Of a stretch of DNA of 64,000 bases, positions 27,288 to 36,600 are shown piece by piece. Source of the stretch: Limisphaerales bacterium (lineage in GTDB: Bacteria > Verrucomicrobiota > Verrucomicrobiia > Limisphaerales > AAA164-E04); the NCBI GenBank assembly GCA_965242585.1, contig OZ251460.1, positions 2,766,692-2,830,691 on the forward strand, read 5' to 3'. How positions within the stretch are numbered: the first letter of the stretch is position 1; each line of letters starts with the position of its first letter. The notes beneath the pieces are model-generated. The model saw only the letters and a list, made by a program, of their open reading frames with translations. It had not been told where the DNA came from and did not search any database. The position numbers were made by a program, and so were the translations under genes.

Positions 27288-28905
27288 TCATCGTCTCCGC
27301 CTCGCTTCCAAACGGCTCTCTATCTTTGCCCAACGATTATGAAGATCGGCAGCAACATCGTCGTAGCCGGCGGCAAACGTTCCCGACTCCACATCCAAAG
27401 AAATCTCCCGCACCACTGAACCCTTCGGTCGTTCCTTAGGCTGAAACAACCAAGTCCCTACCTCGTGCGGTTCCAACGCAATGCCGCCGCTAATATCTTT
27501 GCGCTCCGCTTCGGAAGGCCCCGAAATCCGCACCAAATTGGCCAGCTCTTCCAATATCCACTCGCTGTGCGTAGTGGCAATTACTCTCACCCCAGCCTTG
27601 ACGGCGGCAGCCAGCTGTCTCGTGAACTCCACTTGCATCGCCGGATGCAAGTGTGCCTCCGGCTCTTCAATGATTAACACGTCCCCAGGCCTTACAACAT
27701 GCCGCAAATACAACACCACCGGCGCCGACTCCGACACCATCGACGAAACATTCATCAACGGCAGATTTTGATCATCCTTCCAACCGCTTGGAAGATAGGA
27801 AAACACGGGATACGACGCACCCGTCTTGGCGATTGCCTCGCTACGCACCGAACCATGCAACATGGCTTTCTCAATCTCTAAGGCAATATATCTCGCGTGG
27901 CCTCTCTTTTTGTAGGGAACGTCATTCAATGAGATCAACCGTCCAAGAAAATCCGCCAAAACACCCGACAGCATGAGCGTCGGCATCTCCCGGCGAATGC
28001 CGACGCTCGTCGCCCGTTCCACCAAAGCGCTTACCACCGTCCGATGCGCATGCATCACACCGGCGCGATCCGCCGGTAAATAATGCGCCGGTCGACTAAC
28101 ATGGCCTACAACATAAGGAAAAATAATTTCCAATAGTTCATCCATGAGCATCGACAACCACCACCATGGGAACAATCCTTCAGACTCTCTCAACCGTCTT
28201 CTAATCTCAGTGATAATAGGCAACAGACTTATCCATGGCGAATCCGTGAATCCGCTTGCGATCCTCAACGAATTGCTCTTTGGAATCGAAGCGGTAAAAC
28301 TCCGCGACGTTCCTAGACGCAGCTCATACACAAAAGGTTCTTTACAATCAGCATCCTCGCCGACGTGCCTCCGCAGAACAACCTTGGCATTCTTCGCGCC
28401 CGGAATCCGAATCAACTGAGAAGCCGAATCAATGCCAAAACAGCGGGCAATGTTCCCGACGACATGCTTGCCTGAACCGTCTATCGGATGGAACAAAGGG
28501 CGAATTAGAGCGGCAATTTTCTCCGGTAAAGGATTTTGAGATTTGCTTGAAAGATTTCCCCCCTTTCGGAAATGTTTGTTTTATCCAATTAAACAAAATT
28601 TCAATACTCTCTTCCGGGAGTTTCGTAGATTTTCCTCCCCGCCTCAATTGTCGATATCCATGACGGGTGCCAAAAATTACGGGAAAATCGACTCCAAAAC
28701 CTCCGGTGATGTGCCTCAACCTCCGACTATAACCGGCTCCAAAAAGGCGATGCAATGCGTAGATCAAAACGGCCAAATACGACTTGCCCGTGTTGCTTGG
28801 TCCCACAAAAAGTGTGAACGGCCGCAGATCCACCTTCACCTCAACAATAGGACCGAAGTTCTTTACCTCCGACTCTATCAATCTTTTAGAATTTGTTTTA
28901 CCCAT
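27288..28905 (-). pseudogene. ABC/AAA_15-21-type ATPase (OLD/PARIS-AriA/Septu-PtuA-like class), split by a 1-nt frameshift
   Basis: The N-terminal ORF 28429..28950 (ATG at 28905, MGKTNSKRLIESEVKNFGPIV) carries Walker A FTLFVGPSNTGKSY. The C-terminal ORF 27288..28496 carries Walker B and the D-loop, GDVLIIEEPEAHLHPAMQ and IATTHSEWILEEL. The two frames fuse if the C6 run at 28558-28563 is one base shorter. Confidence 0.7.
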
Positions 28906-28909
28906 AAAT

Positions 28910-29113
28910 TTACTTTCGTTCAATTTGATTTTTCTCAACGGCGGTGCCACAGCCGTAGAAGATGAGGCATAATACTCGATCGTTTTCGTTCGGCAAGCAT
29001 TTTCTCAAAGATAGGTGACGATTTTCCCACTTTCTATAAGCTGTTACAATTTCCTTCGAACAGTCCGCAAGAATGACGTCAACATCTGCGTCTGTAAGTG
29101 CAAAGCTTTTCAC
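28910..29113 (-). CDS. Small hypothetical protein (67 aa)
   Basis: The ORF lies immediately upstream of the ATPase gene on the same strand. No motif recognised. Confidence 0.25.
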   Translation of the reverse strand: MKSFALTDADVDVILADCSKEIVTAYRKWENRHLSLRKCLPNENDRVLCLIFYGCGTAVEKNQIERK

Positions 29114-29150
29114 TCAGAATTGAGATCGCGATCAGGTTGACGGAGGAGTT

Positions 29151-29444
29151 TCACCCTCGGAACCCTTTTGAGGCTTTATCGTCGAGGTGGTAGATCACTT
29201 TGACGGCAATGCGTCCGGAGGATGGCTGGACAAAAGAGCGCAAAGTGTCACTGCGCAAACTGGCCCACACCTCTCTGTTTATCTCCGCCTTCAAACTGGT
29301 CCGCAACGCCTTATACGACTCGTTTGCCCCCCAAAATACGCCGGCCGCACAAAGAAACTTTCCTATTGTAATCCGTGTCCCCAAACCAACACGCAATCCC
29401 AGCGGACTTATTGCTCCGAACCTGCCCTTGTTCGGATCATACAC
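29151..29444 (-). CDS. Small hypothetical protein (97 aa)
   Basis: The ORF is upstream of the ATPase module on the same strand. It has one hydrophobic stretch (FLCAAGVFWGA). No motif recognised. Confidence 0.3.
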   Translation of the reverse strand: MYDPNKGRFGAISPLGLRVGLGTRITIGKFLCAAGVFWGANESYKALRTSLKAEINREVWASLRSDTLRSFVQPSSGRIAVKVIYHLDDKASKGFRG

Positions 29445-30364
29445 ATCTTCTATCTAACAAGCGGTTGTTGGAAGCGGGTTCGCGGAAAAGCAACAAGTAT
29501 TGGGACGAGAACTTCTCTGGCTTGTGTTGACGCAAATTACCAAAGTGCGCTTCCAGCTAACACAACATCAAGAAACGCCCAAAACCAAACCATCCAAGGG
29601 AACTTTTCCTTTCCCAGCCGCCCATGCGGCGAATAGCCTTAGCTTGGAGAACGACCAATCTTTCTTCTTTGTCAACATCCCCTTCTTCGCATTGGGCGAA
29701 TCCGTCTTGTCCGCTTCGCTTTCGCTAAGATGGAGGCGGCCATCCTCAAAGAACAATGGATTGAGGATTTTATGAATGCATCAACACGGCCGAGCGCTTG
29801 GCGGGCGTTAGTGTTGGTGTTGGTGGTCGAACTCTTGGGGGGAGGGGAGGTTGTCGCCATGGAAGGCGGCGGGCCAGGCGGGATATTGATTAGGCTAGCC
29901 CAAGTGCCAAGGGTCGTCGGCTTGACCGTCCCCATCTCAAGCTACTTTCCAAGTTTCCAAGATTCCCTCATAGCCTAACACATTTTGCCCGGCGCTGGGT
30001 GTTTGGCTAGGCGCCTCTTCTTGCCCGCGGGACCTCGCCCTCGCCATATTGGCTGTGCCTCTCACTCTTTCGCCAACTCCGCAAACGCCTTTTCGACCTA
30101 AGAAAGCTGATGCCAGAGGAAAAGACCTACATGCAGGCGTCCCAAACCCGTGCGGGAGATCGCGGTTTCTTTGCACCCCGCCGTCAATTTTCTACTTGCG
30201 CCACAGAACCGCTAATCCAACCTACTAACCAACCAACATGAGCTGACCCGCTCACTTCCACCACCGCATAACTCTGCCCAATGATGCCGATAGTGGGATT
30301 GATACCCAACTACTCCGCCGGCTAAGGTTGCGCTTTCCGCTTTGTCCTTGCGCACAACCGGTCT

Positions 30365-33300
30365 TTAGCGAGCCGGGGTTCCTAAACCGACTAAGTCGCC
30401 GGCACTGGTTGCGCCATTCACTCTCCCTTGCGCCGAACTGGACTCGATAGAACCACCAACATTCCACCCCACGAAGACGCTAACGCCGATAACGCCGCTC
30501 ACTTCTGCGTTGACGAAGCTGTGCGCAATGTTCCCAAAGTTATGTCCAACTAGGCCGCCGACGCTGTTCGAGCCCACCACTTGCCCGCTCACCGAACAAT
30601 GGCTGATGCTTCCTTGACTCAACCCGGCGATGGCGCCGACCCAGTTCACACCTTTTATATCCACCTCTTCTAATCCTAAGCCAACCACTTGCCCGCGATT
30701 GCCAATAGCTCCAAACAAGCCACTGGGTTTCCCGGCAAACCGGGAGGCATCGCTCTGGTCTTGGAACAAGCCGACAATCTTATGTTCGTTGCCTTTTAAC
30801 ACGGCTTGGAAGGGGTGGGAGAACAGGCCGATGGACTGCCAGCCGTGGCCCTTGTTCCAAAAGGCGTCTGCTTCCTCGGCGTGGCCGTTGTGGTTGGTAT
30901 CGAAGTCAAGATCGCTGGTGAGTTCGTAGCCTTGGGCTGGGGCGTTGTTGGGAATGCCCATGTTGGCAATGGCGCTGGGGAAGGCTTGGCTGTAAGCGTC
31001 GGCGAATGCTTCTTGGTCCGGTTGGCCGTCGCCGTCCAAATCCCAACGAATGGCGTTCAGTTGGGCTAGGTTGCTAACCTCAATCAAGCCGTCATCGTCC
31101 GCATCGTAATCGGTGGGAGGCACCTGCACTTGTTGAACAGGTTGGCGGTCGGTTGGTGGTTCGGGGGTTTCTTTCTCTGCTTCCACGACGGTGTGAGCAA
31201 GGGTGACTAAGACAGTCCCCGCATTGTTGTTGGCGATGAAGCCTTCGCTGCCGGGAATGGAATGCCGAATGGAAGCCTGCTCGTTGGTGTCCGCCGCGGT
31301 TGCGCCGGCAGTCACGGTCACGGTTTGGTAGGTCTGCCAAGTGTTTTGGTTGAAGACCAATCTATTAGGATTGACGGTGATTCCAGTGTGCGTCGTGGCT
31401 AGGTTGACCACCATTTCTCTCTCTTGGGAAGAAGTGGACCGAACTTGGTAAGTGGTAGAGCCGCTTTCGCTCAAGGACAAACTGGTTGGTCTGAACATGA
31501 GCGAGGACGAAACCGATCCGCCGTTTTGCGAGAGGTGCGGGACGATTATCGGAGTCACGCCGCCGCCGTTGTTTACGTTGACTGGGGGAGGGAGCGGTTC
31601 TTGGTCGTCGTTGACAATTTCGATGCGGGCGGTGCTGGGCTGGATAACGGCGTTAGTAGGGTTGCTGAGGAGGAGATTGAAGTATTCGTTGGGTTCAAAG
31701 TCGGTGTCTCCCAAGATGGGAATGGAGATGGTTTGGGTGAGGTTGGTAGTGAAGGCGGGGAAGGTGATCGTGCCTTCAGTGGTGACGTAGTCTTCACCGG
31801 CGGTGGCCGTGCCGTCGTCTTGGGTGTCGTAGTCGACGGTGACGTCTTTGTCGGGAACGCCATTCAACAATTGAACATTGAGCGAGGCGTCTGTCCTGCC
31901 TTCGTCGCCTTCAAGGATGGAAAGAAAAGCAGTCTGCGAAAAATTGACGATGAGAGGCGGCAGAGGTTCAAGGTTGGCTTCGATGTATATTCGTAGCGTA
32001 TCGTTAGCTTCGTCGAGGTGGGCATTTACTGGATTGCTGAGGTCAAGGCGAAAATATTCGAGCTCTTCATGTTGGTTGTCATCCAGAATGGAAACCGAAA
32101 AGGTTTGAACAGTGGTGCCGGCGGGGAAAGTGAGGGTGCCGCTGGTGCCGACGTAGTCTTGGCCGGCTTCGGCCGAGCCGTCTTGGGTGGCGTAGTCGAC
32201 GGTGACAGGGAGTTGGTAAGCATGACTCAATTGAACTTGAAGGTCAACAGTGGTTGCGTCTCCCTCGCGTACGAACAAGCGCGAATCTGATCTAAACTTG
32301 ACGATTAGCGAGGATGGCGGAGGTGGCGGAGAATCATCATCTCGAATGTAGACGGAGGCCAAATTAGAACCAGACAAAACAGCGTTTTCTGGGGATTGTA
32401 ATTGTAAACGAAATACTTCTCGGGTTCTGCCTTCATTTAAAGAGTCGTCCAGAATGGTAACCGGGATTCTTTGAACGAGGTTGGTCGTGTCGGCAGGAAA
32501 AATAAGCGTGCCTTCAGTGTCGACGTAGTCTTGGCCGGCGGTGGCTGTGTAATCTTGCGTGGAGTAGCCGACGGTAACACGACGGGAGATAGATTCGCTC
32601 AAGGAAACTGAAATAAGAAGTGTTCCTTGATCTTCCGTAACACTATGATAAGTATTCTCAAAAGAAACCGATGGATAATGAATTAAATATCCATACTGAC
32701 TTGCAAAATCATTATCGGGGATTCTATCAAATATTCCCACCGGCAAGGAAGTAAGTGCGTTGTTGCCGCTAAGATCCAGCGTTCGCAGGTTCACCAGCTT
32801 GTCAAATATTCTCACCGGCAAGGAAGTAAGTTCGTTGTCGCTGAGATCCAGCGTTCGCAGGTTCACCAGCTTGTCAAATATTCTCACCGGCAAAGAAGAT
32901 ATCTGAAGGTTATCGCTAAGATCCAGTGTTCGCAGGTTCACCAGATTGTCGAATATCCTCGTAGGCAATTCGTCCCCTCTCAACGAGTTGCTGCTAAGAT
33001 CCAGTGTTTGTAGGTTAGTGAGGCTGTTAAATATCCCCAACGGAAGGCGTATAATTTCATCAGTGTGACCGCTAAGATCCAGGGTTTGCAGGTTGGTGAG
33101 GCGGTTAAATATCCCCGAAGGCAAGGATTTATCATCTGGCAGATCATCAATTACAGGTATCAGCTTTAGACTTTGCAGCTCGGGGAGTTCGTCGTTGACA
33201 ACCTTCATCACATTCGTGAAAGAGGAATCGGTTCCGTCGTATTTAAATTGGAAAGACAGTTCTAAACTGCGAACGTTGGTGAGGCTGTTAAAGTCGCCTG

Positions 33301-33607
33301 CTTGGAGAAAGTTCACAGTAAGACCCATACGGGAGACACTACTGAGCTGGCCGAGGTCGGTGACTTGGTCGTATTCGGTGATGCCGGGCAGTTGACTTAG
33401 GATGGCGTCGGCCACTGCTGTTGTCCGGCCGTGGAGGACGGAGTCGGGGTCGTCCACGGTGCCGTCCGGCGGCGGAGTGGTTTGCGCCGTTGATGTTTGC
33501 TGAGCAAGGATAGCGGCCAGCATGCCGATGGCTAGCAACGAATGGATTCGAGTTTGGTGCGTATTGGTCATGATCGTGTCTCCAAAAGGAATGTTAAATG
33601 TTTTCAT
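30365..33607 (-). CDS. Large secreted surface protein: LRR region, 3 Calx-beta domains, GLUG-motif C-terminal region
   Basis: Lies in ORF 30365..33652. The likely start is the ATG at 33607 or 33571 (MTNTHQTRIHSLLAIGMLAAILAQQTSTAQ signal). It has LRRs (LTNLQTLDLSGH, LVNLRTLDLSDNELTSLP). Three Calx-beta-like units are present (TATAGQDYVDTEGTLIFPA, SAEAGQDYVGTSGTLTFPA, TATAGEDYVTTEGTITFPA). GLUG-like repeats are present (GLFGAIGNRGQVVGLGL, VGGLVGHNFGNIAHS). Confidence 0.85.
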   Translation of the reverse strand: MKTFNIPFGDTIMTNTHQTRIHSLLAIGMLAAILAQQTSTAQTTPPPDGTVDDPDSVLHGRTTAVADAILSQLPGITEYDQVTDLGQLSSVSRMGLTVNFLQAGDFNSLTNVRSLELSFQFKYDGTDSSFTNVMKVVNDELPELQSLKLIPVIDDLPDDKSLPSGIFNRLTNLQTLDLSGHTDEIIRLPLGIFNSLTNLQTLDLSSNSLRGDELPTRIFDNLVNLRTLDLSDNLQISSLPVRIFDKLVNLRTLDLSDNELTSLPVRIFDKLVNLRTLDLSGNNALTSLPVGIFDRIPDNDFASQYGYLIHYPSVSFENTYHSVTEDQGTLLISVSLSESISRRVTVGYSTQDYTATAGQDYVDTEGTLIFPADTTNLVQRIPVTILDDSLNEGRTREVFRLQLQSPENAVLSGSNLASVYIRDDDSPPPPPSSLIVKFRSDSRLFVREGDATTVDLQVQLSHAYQLPVTVDYATQDGSAEAGQDYVGTSGTLTFPAGTTVQTFSVSILDDNQHEELEYFRLDLSNPVNAHLDEANDTLRIYIEANLEPLPPLIVNFSQTAFLSILEGDEGRTDASLNVQLLNGVPDKDVTVDYDTQDDGTATAGEDYVTTEGTITFPAFTTNLTQTISIPILGDTDFEPNEYFNLLLSNPTNAVIQPSTARIEIVNDDQEPLPPPVNVNNGGGVTPIIVPHLSQNGGSVSSSLMFRPTSLSLSESGSTTYQVRSTSSQEREMVVNLATTHTGITVNPNRLVFNQNTWQTYQTVTVTAGATAADTNEQASIRHSIPGSEGFIANNNAGTVLVTLAHTVVEAEKETPEPPTDRQPVQQVQVPPTDYDADDDGLIEVSNLAQLNAIRWDLDGDGQPDQEAFADAYSQAFPSAIANMGIPNNAPAQGYELTSDLDFDTNHNGHAEEADAFWNKGHGWQSIGLFSHPFQAVLKGNEHKIVGLFQDQSDASRFAGKPSGLFGAIGNRGQVVGLGLEEVDIKGVNWVGAIAGLSQGSISHCSVSGQVVGSNSVGGLVGHNFGNIAHSFVNAEVSGVIGVSVFVGWNVGGSIESSSAQGRVNGATSAGDLVGLGTPAR
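32731..32950 (-). repeat. Near-identical 72-75-nt tandem repeats encoding consecutive LRR units
   Basis: The unit atattctcaccggcaaggaagtaagt..gatccagcgttcgcaggttcaccagcttgtcaa recurs at 32731, 32806 and 32878 with few mismatches. More diverged copies continue to about 33130. Confidence 0.85.
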
Positions 33608-33694
33608 AGCAACTCCATATTTCTTCTGATTTCTAAACTTCTCAACTTCCACTAAAATTTCTTGCGTCGTTTTTTCTTTGGTTCCGGGATTTTT

Positions 33695-36600
33695 TTAGCG
33701 TTGCGGCGTCAAGCGAAGGAAGCGTTGTTTTCCTGCCGCTTTCGGCAAAATTATGGCCAGTCGATCTGGTCCGGCACCGGAGGATTCGCGCAGGATTTTG
33801 ACTTCATCGTCCGGCAATGTCCTCCAAGTTTCTCCCAGCAAATCGACGGTTTCTTCTACCGCGAACTCTTCCGCAGAGACAACAAACACGAATCGGACTC
33901 CGCCGTCCAGCAGAGGCTCGGCAAAAATTAAACGACTCTTCCATTCTTCGAGTCCGGCGGAGGAACTCGCCGATGGATTGTTGCCAACCGATGCCGATTG
34001 GAAGGCGGGCAACGGCCCGCCCGAAACCGGCGGCGCTTCGGCCTTCGTCACTTCAACGAGATAAGTCTGAATGCTCCCATTCTCGGCAGTGACGTCCACG
34101 GCGATAATGTTGTATCCTTCTTTCAAGGAAACCTGAGGTCCTCGATTGGCGGTGTGGATGGTGTCCGCTAGGTTGCTCGACCATAAAATATCCACGGTAG
34201 CCCCCGAATCGTTGGGCGAGGCCGTCACCGTCGTCGAAGCGACGGTGTGATCCACGAGCGCCGTGTAAAACAAATGGTCGGGGAAAAAGGCGGGGAGCAG
34301 AGTCACTCCGCTCAATTTCAAATCTTTCAACGTGGAATCCTCGGAGTCGTCGGATTGGGTGGAAGCACCCGGCTGCGGCAGGTTGTAGGCATAGAGTTTT
34401 CTTCCCTTCGCCACCCACATGGTTGTGCCATCCGACCATATCCCGCGATCTGTTTGGTTTCTCTCGAGTCTGCCGATGTCGATGTCTTTGTGCTGGTCGT
34501 GTGCTCCGTCCCACACCGTGTTTCCTTGATCGTTTACTTTACGCATGTTGTAGGCGTAAATTCTTTGCGAGTCCTCCACCCACATGGTCGTTCCATCCGA
34601 CCATAACTCCCTGGGATTTGTATTAAAGAAATAGGTATCAGAGCTCTTAGGCTTGTACTTGCCGTCTAACGTGATGTTATTGGCAGGTTTGGGGTCCAAT
34701 CTTGTGCCGCTTGCGTCATTGACAATGGTATAGGCGTAAATCTTCCGCTCCGGGGGTGTACCGATGGCGCCTTCATTTGCTACCCATATTGTTGTTCCAT
34801 TCGACCAAAGCCCCCTAGGTAGATGTTGACTAGCTCTGTTGGCTCCGGGAGGTCTCGGTATACTGGCTATTTTATCATTGTCTCCATTTTTAATTGGATT
34901 CATCGATAAATTATAGAAGTAAATCTTTTTGGACACATTGTCCGTTACCCTAATTTCTGTTTCATTGTTTGACCAGAGTCCTTGAGGATGTGCGTTGCCG
35001 GTGCTTAATGAAGACGAAGTCACAGAATTTGCGCCATTATAGACGTAAATTTTCCCGTTGGCGTCGGCCACTCGCCAAGTTGTTCCATCCAACCAGATAG
35101 CGCGAGGCTGGGTGTTCTCCATTGCCAAATTGAAGTCTTTAACTGAGGTGCGCCCGCCGGATTTCCGGGTAACGTTGACGGTGTATTGTTTGGCGTCTTT
35201 GTTTTCGGCAACGACGGTGATGGAGATCGTGTTGTCGCCTTCGGCCAAAGTCACCTGATGGTTGGGAGTATTAGGATCTGCGTCGGGCGGCTGGATATTG
35301 AATACGGCGCTAGAATCACTCAGCGTAGGCTCAACCGTCGTCGAAGTCGTCGAATAAACCACATAGGCATCATTGTAACGAACATCAGAAGTCGTATAAT
35401 GGGGAGCATCTCTTGAAAAAGCCTCTGAAAAAAGGTTGGTGCTGATATAGACGCCGCTCAACTTCAAGCTTTTTAACGAAGCGTTTCCAGAGAGCGGCTG
35501 GTTGTAGGCATACAACTTCTTATCCTCTGAGTCCAAAACCCACATGGTTGTGCCGTCCGACCAGAGTCCCCACGGGTCGGTGTTTCCGACGGCTTTTAGG
35601 GTGTTGAAGTCTTTGCCCGGTTCTGGACAATTCTCCGACAATTTATAGGCGTATAGCTTTGCGTCTTCTTTGTCCGCCACCCACATGGTTGCGCCGTCTG
35701 ACCAGATGCCGGTAGGCGAGGAATTGTCCAACGCTAAATCAATGTCCTTGCTTGGATTGCCTCTTTCGTCGAGATAGCGGCTTTTGTTCGACATTTTGTA
35801 GGCGTAAATCTTCCTTTTTCTCGAGTCCGCCGCCCACATGGTCGTTCCGTCCGACCAGATGCCTTGCGGCTCAGTATTATCGGCGTGCAAGTTGAAATCG
35901 TCGGTGGGATTGAGAGGCTGTCTATTAGTCAAACCGTAGGCGTGAATTTTTCCGCCAGCGTCCGCCACATACATCGTCGTCTTGTCCGACCAAAGGCCGC
36001 GCGGCGCGTCGTTCTCTGATACTAAATTAAAATTCTTGTTGGGGTTGGGTTGTTTGGTCGTCCAATTATAGGCTAAAATCTTTCTGTACTCATTGTCATT
36101 CTCATTCGTAAAAGTAGTGCCAGAGTCTGCCACCCACATGGTCGTGTCGTTGACCCAAATATCCCGAAGCATGGAGGATGTCGAAGTCAAAACAATATCC
36201 TTTGTCGGATCATTAAAGGTGAAGAATTCTCGTTTGACGTTAACGGTATAAGTTCGGGTTCGAGGGAGGCTGTTTGCCAGAGCATTCGTAACCGTAATTT
36301 CGATCTCGTTAACACCGATATTCAAGGCGACTTGATGTCCAGTAGTTGTCGCGTCGGCGTCGGTAGGCAAAATGGACACCGTGGTGGAGTTAGTATAAAG
36401 AGCTGTCGGCGAAATCGTAAAGTTGGTAGATGCATAAGGAACGGAAGCAGTATATCGGGCGGTGCCGCCGTCAAAAGCGGGATTTAACAAGGTGGCGGAT
36501 CCGGTGCTGATCGAGGGAATTTTGCTCGTCAAATTTAAGGCAATCAAGCTGGCCGCATCCGACAGGCGATAGGCGTAAATTTTGTCGTCCTGTGAGTCGG

